64,000 nt of DNA from the human T2T-CHM13v2.0 reference genome, Homo sapiens. The notes under the pieces were generated by a model. It made no database searches. It was not told where the DNA came from and saw only the letters and a program-made list of their open reading frames with translations. A program made the translations under genes and the position numbers. Below, piece by piece: positions 32,510 to 45,843 of this stretch. The DNA is taken from assembly GCF_009914755.1 (NCBI RefSeq), contig NC_060928.1; one strand, 5' to 3'. Within the stretch, counting starts at the first letter, position 1; the number at the start of each line of letters is the position of its first letter.

Positions 32510-33799
32510 CTCCTGTTGTGGGGATGCAAGTGATTAATTCCAAGCTCTTTAAATGTTAAAATGTAACTGCATTTTTTCCTATAGCTTACCTCTTACTGAT
32601 TCCATTTTTGTCATTCTCATTATTTATTAATTTATCTTTAACATTTTGTTGTTTTCTGAAGTGTTATTTTTAGTATCATCTACATGTTCTTTAGATTTTC
32701 TAAACATCTATTGAGTTATAGACTCCCAAATTAACTTAATATTCATGAGATCATAAAATCCTATAATAGTGTATCACTATAAGGCAAACCATGATTTCCG
32801 TATCCCCAGCAGAAAAGAATCGTAGTGCATATAAGTAAAGTAAATTCTTATCTACATGACATGTTTTCTGTGGCCTCTGGAAAGCTACTTTAATTCCAAA
32901 GCAACTTTTCTCCAACCAATATTTGAAATCCCTTTAACAGGAGATCAATCTTTTATACCACAATGAGAAATAAGACTTCAGATTTTTCCTTGGAGATGTA
33001 ATATGTTGAGTTCAATTCATGCAGAGTAAAATTAAATAACAAGTACTTCAAAGGCAGTAAGCTTGAAAAGGAAAAGTAATGGGTCAGATAAACTGAAAAA
33101 AAGAACAAAAATATACGCATGTTGTGAAGAAACTCTGAAAGTGTCCCTGCTCTCATTTTAAACAACAGATCTATATCTTTATAAAGGAAAGTATCTTACA
33201 GTTGGAGAATATAAAGCCAGATAGATCTCACCCCTAAAGTGGATCATCAACCATTTCCTGTTGGAAAATTAGTGACTTAGTGCTAGACAGAAATTTAGTG
33301 ACTTTTTAACTCTCATAAGCAGGAATACAGATCCAGAGCACTTAAGTGAACCAACTAATACACACGGATAATTAGTAGCAGATATATAACTAAAATTAAA
33401 ATATCGAAACTCATATTCTTTGCTAACTTTTGATTTTGAAACATACAGTAAAAAAGTCACTCACTTTACTGAGTTTTGAATCAAATGAGAACTATAAGAA
33501 GACATAATTGTCACAAAAGCAGAATGTTGTTATGCCTATGAATATTTACAAATATATGTGTATATATATGTTCATTCTAATATATACACTTTCAAAACGA
33601 TGGACTGAGCACATAACTTAGCTCTACCTGGCCTACTCAAATGTATGGTATTAATTTTTTTAATTTAAATATCTATAGCTTTTTCAGAAAGCTATAAATG
33701 CCATGCTTAGTGGACAAGAAATTTGGGGGAATCCTGGAAACAGAGAAAACAGATAATATATTACTGAGAATAAAAGTTCAATATGAAATGCTTGAATGA

Positions 33800-34720
33800 A
33801 ATGTATGTATAATGGATCAATATAAAGGATCTGGGATTAAAATTACCCTCCCTACAACAACACTAACACAGACAAAATATGTAATTCCTAGCAGTTGTAT
33901 ATTTTGTGTATAAAATGTATAAAAAATGTATACAAAAGAACAGTATTCACTGAGAGAGGAAAATAGAGCAGACAGAGTAAAGAGACTACTAGCAAAACAG
34001 TATTGCAGTCTCTCTAAATTAAGGATAGAAGTTGGAAGTTTAGAAAGGCTAAGAAAACTGGAAACACTGTGCAAAGGTATGTAGGAGAGTTTTCCCAAAG
34101 TGATTTATAGATTTAAGCATCCCCAATTAATATCTAAGCAATCCCAATTAAAATCTTAGCAATCAGTACAACAGTATAAATAGTACAGAAATAGACCCAC
34201 CCATATACAGTCAACTGATCATTGGCAATGGAGCAAAGCAAATTCAATGGGGAAACAATAATCTTATCTATAAACAGTTCAGGGAAATGATATTTTTCTA
34301 TACTGAAAAATAAACATTGATTCATAACTTACACCAAATAAAACAATTAAATTGAAAGGAATCCTATAACCAAATGTAAAACCAAAATGGAAAATGTAGA
34401 AGAAAACACAAAAGGAAGTTTTGACTAGAATGTGGTATAATTCAACTTCTTATACACTGTTCATGAGAATGTATCATTGTACAATTGCTTTGGAAAGTAT
34501 TTATATGGTGACATAAAGAACATCAATTATGGTCTTGGAATGGGGATTTTGCAGGGTAAGTGGGAATAAAAAAGGTGAACGAACTTTTGGAAATGATGAT
34601 GCATGTATTTCAATTGTAGTAATGGCTTCATATGTAACAAATATCACATTGCATATTTTGACCATGTACAGTTTAACTTGTGTCAAACCTTAAGAAAACT
34701 TTTAAACAATAAAAGAAAAA
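33800..34720 (+). mobile_element. Ancient L1ME-type ORF2/3' fragments
   Basis: cagaaatagacccacccatatacagtcaactgatcattggcaatggagcaaagcaaattcaatgggg is an L1 ORF2 3' motif. Confidence 0.65.
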
Positions 34721-34734
34721 TTACATATGGAAAT

Positions 34735-35245
34735 GCAGGATTCCATTTGGCTACGACTAATAGAAAACTTGAACAAATAGTAGCTTAAACAAATGAGTGT
34801 TTTATTTTTCTCCAAGACAAGGCTCTCAGAGATAAGGCTGATCCAGTAGCCCCAGGATTTCATTTCATTAATGTGGTAGATTTCTCAACACTTTCTGTTC
34901 CACTGTCATTAGTGTTGTGTCTCTGCTTTATGAGCTCAGGAATACACCTCTATGTCCAGGAATCAAGGGCATGTTATTGGCAGTTAGTAAAAGGAAATGA
35001 AAGTAGAAGAGAGTTGTCAGCTGACCCTATTTTAAACAGGTTTTCCATTTTTGTACAGCTCTGTGGCCAAAATTTTGTCCTATGGCAATATTTCTCAGAA
35101 AAGAGTCCTTGATATATAGTTTTCATTTTCTTTGTTTAGCTTTACCCATTGTATCTCTGGACTAAATTGAAGTTTTTATAGTTTCTATTAGTAATGAAGA
35201 AAGCTATAATAGATATTGGATTGATAACTAGCAGTGTGTGCCAGA
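34735..35245 (-). mobile_element. Old MaLR LTR (MLT1J/K-like)
   Basis: tttggct...aaatagtagcttaaacaaa..gtttatttttctc and end ggattgataactagcagtgtgtgcca. Confidence 0.5.
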
Positions 35246-35452
35246 GGCATTAATAGTTCTTGTCATTAGTAGGTGTGGAATAAGAAAGAGAAAAGGTTTC
35301 AAGAGCAAGAGTACTAAAGCATATACAGTATGATTCCAAGAGAGTCACATCTTGCATATTGTCAATTCCCAATCTCCTTGCTCCTGATAGCTGCAGATAA
35401 ATGAATATGTGAGTTGGGGTGGGAGAAAGACAGCCAAGATTCATGCAGCCTG

Positions 35453-35580
35453 ATATATATATATATATATATGTAAGTATATAAGTATATATAAAATATA
35501 TGTGTATATATATATTATATATATCATATATATTACATATAATATATGTATATATATATTTTATATATATATATATAATA
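35453..35580. repeat. Imperfect (TA)n microsatellite
   Basis: About 128 bp of interrupted TA repeats. Confidence 0.95.
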
Positions 35581-37259
35581 AAGCATCCCCTACTCAATGA
35601 CTAGAGAGCAAGTGCCTCATATGTAATGAGATCCCTCAGTCTCATATTTTCTAGAAATAAAACCCACAAAAAACAAAAAGCCATAATACTCAGCAAAGTA
35701 GAATCCTGCCATCCAGTGCCCCCAAAAGACATCTCTGATATCTTGAAGGAAAATATGATTGTTTTCTCATATTCTAAAGGGTGTTAAATATTTATTCTAA
35801 ATTCCTGAGAAATGTGTTAACATATATAAGATATTTAATATTAAAAGGCATGTATTTGAAATGCATAAAAATAAATGGAATTTCAGAATCAAGAGAGAAA
35901 ACAAATAACTTGAGCAATGATAACAAAATCAAATTATACCCAGCCTAAGATTATAAAATTAATAATATAGACTTTGACTTATGCCAATGCACTTATAAGA
36001 ACGTTATTAATGAAATAATAAATTTCTGAGAAATTACAAATTATGAGAATTAGACTAAGAAGTAGAAAACCTGAGTGAGGCGATGGCGGTGTAGTTACAA
36101 GATAATCAGGGATATTACATCTGAGATCTGGACAATTTCAGATGAAACTTGCCAAGTGTCATAAATGGAGTGCTCCCCAGTGCAAACAAAAATATGGCTC
36201 CAACCAGTCAATAGGTATAAATATGATCAGATACGACAGAATTTAAGAGTTTAAGAAATTTGAGAATTTTCAAGCACGGATACATTTCTCACTTTCGGAA
36301 GTAGTTTAAAGAGATTTCAGGCAGAGCTATAAGTGAAAATAATTATTCATATATAAATAAATATATTTATTTATAACTTGTTTACATCTAAAAGTTAAAA
36401 TGGATTTAGAACAAGTTTTAGGCTAGTTCTGCAGGATAATATAGGTTACAAACTTATTTTCTCATGAGCTGAAAAATAGATATGGCAGGAAAATACATTT
36501 GTTTCCAGAGTGGGTCAGCCATAAAATTTTTTATTCTTTTATTCATAGGTTGGTAAAGATTGAAACTCTCTAACTTGTGTCATTTTGTATCAGGAGACAG
36601 TGATAACTGTGAAGTTTGCTAGTATTATTTGTAAGTAGAGCTTCATAACACTGACTTTGAATAAGTCTAAGTGAACCAAATCAGATTTGCTTAGGAGAGC
36701 TATGCTAATGTGTCTTGAAATCGGGAGTATGTCTTTGTGTAACCCAATAGGGAGGAGATAGTACATGTCATCTATAATAGTAATTTGAGAATAAATGCAA
36801 TACTGAATTAAAATGTAATTATGAATAAATAGATTGTTTTGCATTTAATGATACATAAAAATATTTTAATATTTAATACATATTTTAACATATTTGCTAA
36901 TTTATTCTATAGTAACATAATATAAACATATTTTTATTTATAATATAACAATGCATATTATATATTTGCATATGATATATAAGCTGCCTATAACATAAAT
37001 ATATTTTAATATAAAACAGTTTATCAAAGTTATATCAGCAATGATTTATTGATGTGGGGAATTGAATTATAATCTTAAATAGCTGCATTCCACGAGTAAT
37101 TATGTGGGAAAATAGACCAGCTGGAGATACCAATAACAAGTATGACCAAGTCTCAAAAAAGAAAAAAAAATAATAATGATAATAATAATTAGTAGATCCA
37201 GATAGAATGCTGGAATATATAACATTACATTTAATCTCCAGGTTCTAATATGTTTTATT

Positions 37260-37700
37260 TTCCTAGAAATAAAAATGATTATTGGTAAAACAGATTCTTT
37301 TTCCAGTTTTCTAAGTATTTTAAAAACATTTTTGAAATTGCTTTTACTAATTAATGCTATCACCAGCATTTCCAGGGAGATCCTATTTGCCCACATTCTG
37401 GACAATGTTTGGCATTGTTAGACTTCTTCTTTTCCTACCAACACAATGGTGTGCAGATTGAATTAGCATTACTTTTACTTTCACTTCTTAGAATACCAAG
37501 TTGGAAAATCAGTTTTATGTATATTTAGTGTCAACATGTGAATTCGTTAGTCATATATTTTCACCAGTTTTCTATTGGCTTGTGGACTTTTCACATTTAA
37601 AAGAATATTTTGTTTATTCTCAATGCCAATTCTTTGTTAATTTTGATATATATAAACATATCATTTCACACCGGCCCTTATATTTTAGTTTTTTATACAT
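37260..37700 (-). mobile_element. Ancient L1ME remnant
   Basis: caccagcatt..gatcctatttgcccacattc..caatgtttggcattgttagac resembles antisense L1 ORF2 3' end. Confidence 0.5.
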
Positions 37701-37904
37701 TAGGTCATGCATATACATTTGTATTTTAATTTAGTTTTAAGGAAGATTAACTTGTCACTTTCTCTCTGTCTTTTACACACAAGAACATCTTTAATATATA
37801 CAGATATTTTACCAATTAATAATAAAAGGATGCATGCTTCAAGGAGAAGATGGGCAAAGACACAGAAGAGGAAATTTACTAACTATAGAAATTACTTACT
37901 ATAG

Positions 37905-37905
<1 letters not shown>

Positions 37906-37940
<35 letters not shown>
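37906..37940. repeat. (TG)17 microsatellite
   Basis: Perfect TG dinucleotide run. Confidence 0.98.
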
Positions 37941-37941
<1 letters not shown>

Positions 37942-38124
37942 ATTTAAACAATATGTAATGTTAAGGATGGAAACAAAATTCACTGTTTAATAGCTGTGGG
38001 TATTCTTGCAAGTGCCCATACAGCCCAGACACTCCCCTGCTCACTGACTTCCCCAGATGGCTTACTCATTAAAAACGTTCCATCATTGCCCAGAGGTGAG
38101 GCAAGAGGCCAGCTTTTTGTTTGT

Positions 38125-38421
38125 CCGTTTTATTTATTTACTTTTTTATTATTGTGGTTGAAACATTTAATATAAGATCTACACTTTTAACAAAATTTTT
38201 ACTGCACAATACAGTGTTTAACTATAGACACTTTGTACCCATTGAAGAGCAATTAGCTATTTACCCCTCCCCACACCCCTTAGCAATTACCACACTACTC
38301 TCTTTTTATGAGTTTGATTATTTTAGATACCTCATAGACGTGGAATCATGCAGTACTTGTCTTTCTGTGATGTCATCCAAGTTCATCCATTTTGTTGCAA
38401 ATGACAGGATTTCCTTCTTTT
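38125..38421 (-). mobile_element. L1MA (L1MA8/9-like) 3' end; continues at 44975-45432
   Basis: aacatttaatataagatctacac..; tagatacctcata..gtggaatcatgcagta; gttgcaaatgacaggatttccttc. Split by the L1PA insertion. Confidence 0.85.
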
Positions 38422-41400
38422 TTTTCCCATTTTTTCATTATACTTTAATTTCTGGGATACATGTGCAGAACGTGCAGGTTTGTTACATAGGTATACACAT
38501 GCCGTGGTGGTTTGCTGCACCCATCAACTCGTCATCTACAATAGGTATTTCTCCTAATGCTATCCCTCCGTAGCCCCCAATCCGCCGACAGGCCCTGGTG
38601 TGTGATATTCCCCTCCCCGTGCCCATATGTTCTCATTGTACAACCCCCACTTATGAGTGAGAACATGTAGTGTTTGGTTTTCTTTTCCTGTGTTAGTTTG
38701 CTGAGAATGATGGTTTCCAGCTTCATCTATTTCCTTGCAAAGGATATGAACTCCTTCTTTTTTAAAGCTGCATAGTATTCCACGGTGTATATGTGCCACA
38801 TTTTCTTAATCCAGTCTAACATTGATGGGCATTTGCATTGGTTCCAAGTCTTGGCTATTGTGAATCATGCTGCAATAAACATACATGTGCATGTGTCTTT
38901 ATGATAGAATGATTTATAATCCTTTGGGTATATATCCAGTAACGGGATGGCTGGGTCAAATGGTATTTCTATTTCTAGATCCTTGAGGAATCACCACACT
39001 GTCTTGCCCAATGGTTGAAATAATTTACACTCTCACCAACAGAGTAAAAGCGTTCCTATTTCTCCACATCCTCTCTGGCATCTATTGTTTCCTTACCTTT
39101 TAATGATTGCCATTCTAACTGGTGTGAGATGGTATCTCATTGCGGTTTTGATTTGCGTTTCTCTAATGATCAGTGATGATGAGCATTTTTTCATGTTTGT
39201 TGGCTGCATAAATGTCTTCTTTTGAGAAGTGTCTGTTCACATCCTTTGCCCACTTTTTGATGGGGTTGTTAATTCTTTTTCTTGTAAATTTGTTTAAGTT
39301 CCTTGTAGATTCTGAATATTAGCCCTTTGTCAGATGGACAGATTGCAAAAATTTTCTCCCATTCTGTAGGTTGCCTGTTCATGCTAATGATAGTTTATTT
39401 TGCTGTGCAGAATCTCTTTAGTTTAATTAGATCCCATTTGTCTATTTTGGCTTTTGTTGCCATTGCTTTTGGTGTTTTAGTCATGACGTCTTTGCCCATG
39501 CCTATGTCCTGAATAGTATTGCCTAGGTTTTCTTCTAGGGTTTTTATGGTTTTAGGTCTTATGTTTAAATCTTTAATCCATCTTGGGTTAATTTTTGTAT
39601 AAGGTGTAAGGAAGGGGTCCTGTTTCAGTTTTCTGAATAAGGCTAGCCAGTTTTCCCAACACCATTTATTATATAGGGAATCCTTTCCCCATTGCTTATT
39701 TTTGTCAGGTTTGGTGGTTGTAGATGTGTGACGTTATGTCTGAGGCCTCTGTTCTGTTCCATTGGTCTATATATCTGTTTTGGTACCGGTACCATGATGT
39801 TTTGGTTACTGTGGCTTTATAGTACAGATTGAAGTCAGGTACCCTGATGGGTCTGGCTTTGTTCTTTTTGCTTAAAATTGTCTTGGCTATACAAACTCTT
39901 TTTTGGTTCCAAGTGTAATTTAAAGTAGTTTTTTCTAATTCTATGAAGAAAGTTAATGGTACCTTGATGGGAATAACATTGAATCTATAAATTAATTTCA
40001 GAAGTATGGCCATTTTCATAACATTGATTCTTCCTATCCATGAGCATGAAATGTTTTTCTATTTGTGTGTGTCCTCTCTTATTTACTTGAGCATCAAAAA
40101 GTGGGCAAAGTATATGAACAGACACTTCTCAAAAGAAGACATTCATGCGGCCAACAAACATATGAAAAAAGGTTCACCATCACTGATCACTGGTTTGTAG
40201 TTCTCCTTCAAGAAGTTCTTCACATCTCTTGCAAGTAGTATGCTAGGTATTTTATTCTCTTTTTAGCAATTGTGAATGGGAGTTTGCTCATGATTTGGGT
40301 CTCTGTTTGTCTATTATTGGTGTATAGGAATGCTTGTGATTTTTGCACATTGATTTTGTATCCTGAGACTTTGCTGAAGTTGCTTATCAGCTTAGGGAGA
40401 TTTTGGGCTGAGATGATGCGGTTTTCTAAACATACAATCATGTCATTTGCAAATAGAGATAATTTGACTTCCTCTCTTCTTATCTGAATACCTTTATTTC
40501 TTTCTCTTGTTTGATTGCCCTGGCCAGAACTTCCAATACTCTGTTGAATAGGAGTGGTGAGAGACGGCATTCTTGTCTTGTGCCGATTTTCAAAGGGAAT
40601 GCTTCCAGCTTTTGCCCATTCATTATGATATCGGCTGTGGATTTGTCATAAATAGCTCTTATTATTTTGAGATACATTCCATCAATACCTAGTTTATTGA
40701 GAGTTTTTAGCATGAAAAGGTGTTGAATTTTATCGAAGGCCTTTTCTGAATCTATTGAGATAATCATGTGGTTTTTGTCATTGGTTCTGTTTATGTGGTG
40801 GCTTATGTTTATTGATTTGTGTATGTTGAACCAGCCTTGCGTCCCAGGGATGAAGCCAACTTGATCGTGGTGGATAAGCTTTTTGATGTGCTGCTGGATT
40901 CGGTTTGCCAGTATTTTATTGAGGATTTTTGCATCGATGTTCACCATGGATATTGGCCTGAAATTGCCGTTTTTGTTGTGTCTCTGCCAGGTTTTGGTAT
41001 CAGGATGACTCTGGCCTCATAAAATGAGTTAGGGAGGAGTCTGTCTTTTTCTATTGTTTGGAATAGTTACAGAAGGAATGGTACCAGCTCCTCTTTGTAC
41101 CTCTGGTAGAATTCAGCTGTGAATCCGTCTGGTCCTGGGCTTTTTTTGGTTGGTAGGCTATTAATTACTGCCTCAATTTCAAAACTTCTTATTGGTCTAT
41201 TCAGGGATTCAACTTCTTCCTGTTTTAGTCTTGGGAGGGTGTATGTGTTCAGCAATATATCCATTTCGTCTAGATTTTCTAGTTTATTTCTGTCGAGGTG
41301 TTTATAGTATTCTCTGATGGTAGTTTGTATTTCTGTAGGATCAGTGGTGATATCTTGTTTATCACTTTTGATTGTGTCTATTTGATTCTTCTTTGTCTTC

Positions 41401-44400
41401 TTCTTTATTAGTCTGGCTAGCAGTCCATCTGTTTTGTTAATCTTTTCAAAAACCACCTCCTGGATTCATTGCTTTTTTGAAGAGTTTTTTATGTCTCTAT
41501 CTACTTCAGTTCTGCTCTCATTTTAGTTATTTCTTGTCTTCTGCTAGCTTTTGAATTTGTTTGTTCCTGCTTCTCTAGTTCTTTTAATTGTGACATTAGG
41601 GTGTAGATTTTAGATCTTTCCCACTTTCTCCTGTGGGCATTTACTGCTATAAATTTCCCTCTGAATACTGCTTTAGTTGTGACCCAGAGATTCTAGTACA
41701 TTGTGTCTTTGTTCTCATTGGTTTCAAAGAACTTATTTATTTCTGACTTCATTTTGTTATTTACCCAATAGTCATTCAGGAGCAAGTTGTTCAGTTTCCA
41801 TGCAGCTGTGTGGTTTTGAGTGAGTTTCTTAATCCTGAGTTCTAATTTGATTGCACTGTGGTCTGAGAGACTGTTATGATTTCCTTCCTTTTGCAATTGC
41901 TGAGGAGTGTTTTACTTCCAATTATGTGGTCAATTTAGAATAAGTGCAATGTGGTGCTGAGAAGAATGTATATTCTATTGATTTGGGGTGGAGAATTCTG
42001 TAGATGTATATTAAGTCCACTTGGTCCAGAGCTGAGTTCAAGTCCTGAATATACTTGTTAATTTTCTGTCTCCTTGATCTGCCTAATATTGACAGTGGGG
42101 TGTTAAAGCCTCCCACTATTATTGTGTGGGAGCCTAAGTCTCTTTGTAGGTCTCTAAGAACTTGCTTTATGGATCTCAGTGCTCCTGCATTGGGTGCATA
42201 TATACTTAGGACAGTTAGCTCTTCTTGTTGCATTAATTCTTTTACCATTATGTAATGCCTTTCTTTTTCTTTTTTGATCTTTTTGGTTTAATGTCTGTTT
42301 TATCAGATATTAGGATTGCAACCCCTGCTTTTTTTTAATTTCCATTAGCTTGGTAAATCTTCCTCCATCCCTTTATTTTGAGCCTATGTGTGTCTTTGCA
42401 TGTGAGATGGGTCTCCTGAATACAGCACCCCAATGGGTCTTGAATCTTTATCCAGTTTGACAGTCTGTGTCTTTTAATTGGGGCATTTAGCCTGTTTACA
42501 TTTAAGGTTATTATTGGTATGTGTGAACTTGATCCCGTCATTATGATATTAGCTGGTTATTTTGCCCATTAGTTTCAGTTTCTTTATAATGTCGATGGTC
42601 TTTACATTTTGGTTTGTTTTTGCAGTGGCTGGTACCAGTTTTTCCTTTCCATATGTAGTGCTTCCTTCAGGAGCTCTTGTAAGGTAGGCCTGGTGGTGAC
42701 AAAATCTCTCAGCATTTGCTTGTCTATAAGGATTTTATTTCTCCTTCACTTATGAAGCTTAGTTTGGCTGGATAAGAAATTCTTGGTTGAAAATTCTTTT
42801 CTTTAAGAATGTTGAATATTGGCACCTCACTCTCTTCTGGTTTTGTAGGGTTTCTTCAGAGAGATCCACTGTTAGTCTGATGGGCTTCCCTTTGTATGTA
42901 ACCTGACCTTTCGCTCTGGCTGCCATTACTAACATTTTTTCCTTCATTTCAACCTTGGTCAATCCAACCATTATGTGTCTTGGGGTTGCTCTTCTCAAGG
43001 AGTATCTTTGTGGTGTTCTCCGTATTTCCTGAATTTGAATGTTGGCCTGTCTTGCTAGGTTGAGGAAGTTCTCCTGAATAATATCCTGAAATGTGTTTTC
43101 CAACTTGGTTCCATTCTCCCCATCACTTTCAGGTACACCAACCAAACGTAGGTTTGGTCTTTTCACATAGTCTCATATTTCTTGGAGGCTTTGTTTGTTC
43201 CTTTTCATTCTTTTTTCTCTAATCTTATCTTCATGCTTTATTTCATAAAGTTGATCTTCAATCTCTGATATCCTTTCTTCTGCTTGATTGATTCAGCTAT
43301 TGATACTTGTGTATGCTTCACGAAGTTCTCGTGCTGTGTTTTTCAGCTCCATCAGGTCATTTATGTTCTTCTCTAAACTGGTTATTCTAGTTAGCAATTC
43401 CTCCAACATTTTATCAAGGTTTTTAGCTTCCTAGCATTGGGTTAGAAAATGCTCCTTTAGCTCGGAGTAGTTTATTATTACCCACCTTCTGAAGACTACT
43501 TTTGTCAATTTGTCAAACTCATTCTCCATTCAGTTTTGTTCCCTTGCTGGCCAGGAGTTGTGATCCTTTGGAGGAGAAGAGGCACTCTGGGTTTTGGAAT
43601 TTTCAGCATTTTTGCGCTGGTTTTTCCTCAACTTCTTGGATTTATCTCCCTTTGGTCTTTGATGTTGGTGGCCTTCGGATGGGGTTTTTATGTGGATGTC
43701 CTTTTTGTTGATGTTGATGCTATTGCATTCTGTTTGTTAGTTTTCCTTCTAATAGGCCCCTCTGCTGCAGATCTGCTGGAGTTTGCCAGAGGTACACTCC
43801 AGACCCTGTTTGCCTGGGTATCACCAGCAGAGGCTGCAGAAGAGCAAAGATTACTGCCTGTTCCTTCCTCTGGAAACTTCATCCCAGAGGGGCACTTGCC
43901 AGATGCCAGCCGGAGCTCTCCTGTTGGAGGTGTCTGTCGACCTCTCCTGGAAGGTGTCTCCCCATCAGGAGGCACAGGGGTCAGGGACCCATATGAGGAG
44001 GCAGTCTGTCCTTTAGCAGAGCTCAAGTGCTGTGCTGGGAGATCTGCTGTTCTCTTCAGAGCTGGCAGGCAGGGACGTTTAAGTCTGCTGAAGCTGTTCC
44101 CACAACTGCCCTTTTCCCCATGTGTTCTGTTCCAGTAAGATGGGAGTTTTATCTATAAGCCCCTGACTGGGGTTGCTGCCTTTCTTTCAGAGATGCCCTG
44201 ACCAGAGAGGAGGAATCTAGAAAGGTAATCTGGCTACAGTGGCTTTGAAGCACTGTGGTGGGCTTTGCCAAGTTTAAACTTCCTGGAGGCTTTGGTTACA
44301 CTGTAAGGGGAAAACCACCTACTCAAGCCTCATTAATAGCAGACGCCCCTCCCCCCACCAAGCTGGAGCATCTCAGGTCTACTTCAGGCTGCTCTGCTGG

Positions 44401-44974
44401 CAGCGAGAATTTCAAACCAATGGATCATAGCTTGCTGGGCTCCATGGGGGTGGGACCTCTGAGCAAGACCACTTGGCTCCCTGGCTTCAGCCCCCTTTCC
44501 AGGGGAGTGAACGGTTCTGTCTCACTGGCATTTCAGGCACCACTGGGGTACAAAAAAATACTCCTGCAGCTAGCTCAGTGTCTGCCCAAACAGCCACCCA
44601 GTTTTGAGCTTGAAAGCCAGGGCCCTTGTGGTGTAGGCACCCGAAGGAATCTCCTGGTCTGTAGGTTGCAAAGACCATGGGAAAAGTGTAGTATCTGTGC
44701 TGGAGTGCACTGTTCCTCACAGCATAGTCCCTCATGCCTTCCCTTGGCTAACGGAGGGAGTTCCCTGACCCTTTGTGCTTCCTGGCTGAGGAGGCACCCC
44801 ACCCTGCTTCAGCTCACCCTCCATGGGCTGCTCCTACTGTCTAACCAGTCCCAATGATGTGAACCGGCTACCTCAGTTGGAAATGCAGAAATCACCTGCC
44901 TTCTGCGTTGGTCTCGCTGGGTGGGAGCTGCAGACCGCAGCTGTTCCTATTCTGCCATCTTGCCCAGGAATCTC
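38422..44974 (-). mobile_element. Full-length inactive LINE-1, L1PA7-like (~6.55 kb)
   Basis: 5' end on the minus strand gattcctgggcaagatggcagaataggaacagc; ORF1 piece MKRPNLRLVGVPESDGENG; ORF2 start MTGSSSHIPIITLNVNRLNAPIKRHRL; many frameshifts/stops; RT motif mutated to FAND; TSD tccttctttt (38412-38421, 44975-44984). Confidence 0.96.
40092..40189 (+). other. 98-bp inverted L1 ORF2 segment inserted inside the antisense L1
   Basis: Sense-strand L1 sequence, about 90% identical to the reverse complement of 39167-39262, inserted into ttgagca|gtggtttgtag. Confidence 0.92.
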
Positions 44975-45432
44975 TCCTTCTTTTCTAATGCTGAATAATA
45001 TTCTATGTATATATCATATTTTCTTTATACATTCATTCATTGATAGACACAGGTTGATTCTGTATACAAATAATGCTGCAATGTGAATAATGCTGCAAAG
45101 AACATGGAAGTGCACATATCTCTGAGATTCTGATTTCAATTCTTTTGGATATATACTCAGAAGCGGCAATTGTTGACGAATATGGTAATTCTATTTTCAA
45201 TTTTTTGAGGAACACTATTTTCATAGTGGCTGCACCACTTTGCATTCCTACCAACAGTGTTACAAGGGTTCCAGTTTCTCCACATCCTTGCCAACAAGTA
45301 TCTTTTGTTGATGTTTTTAATTCCAATGTGTGAAGTGATATCTCATTGTGTTTTGTGTTTTGATTTACATTTCCCTGATGATTAGTGATGTTGCACATAT
45401 TTTTATATACCTTTTGGCCATTTGTATGTCTC
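44975..45432 (-). mobile_element. Continuation of the host L1MA
   Basis: aatgctgaataatattc...; minus-strand ORF 45033-45470 gives CWQGCGETGTL..LKKLKIELPY (ORF2 C-terminus). Confidence 0.85.
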
Positions 45433-45843
45433 TCGTCATTATTATTTCTGCTTCCTATGTCTCTCGTCACTCTCTTGTTATTGTTTCTATTCTTTACGGA
45501 AATTTACCTAACATGAATAAATAGAGTCCTTTATATACTTTTTCTACTGTGCTTTATGCTTTGCCCTTCATATTTAAGCCTGAAATACATCCAGAATTTA
45601 TTTTGTGTGTGGGGTGCAATGGGATTCTTATGAGGATAAAATGTAAACCATTTAATGAAGTTTTAATTTAAAAATATACAAAATAATGTGGAGTTCATAT
45701 TTTAAAGCAAAGTTATTCTCATAGGATTAAGTATAAGAAAAGGGGTGGAATGGGAAAAATAAACAGATGTGGGTTTAGATTAAAGGCTGGCTCTGCATGT
45801 AACTAATCATAGAGAGGGAGAGATCAGAGACAAACGTGAAGTA

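Larger units (their letters stand above)
27190..32555 (-). mobile_element. Old L1M (L1MC/MD-type) 5'UTR-ORF1-ORF2 remnant hosting an LTR, an Alu and MSTA
   Basis: Antisense ORF2 motifs at 27300-28050 and 29150-29870; ORF1-like peptide LQIPEAQRIPSRIN (ORF 30573-30776); 5' region continues past the MSTA. Confidence 0.75.

Noticed and set aside
43536-44138. 200-aa hydrophobic + strand ORF
   Set aside because: Non-ATG start; antisense to the L1 5'UTR/ORF1 start; composition explained by the T-rich antisense L1 strand.
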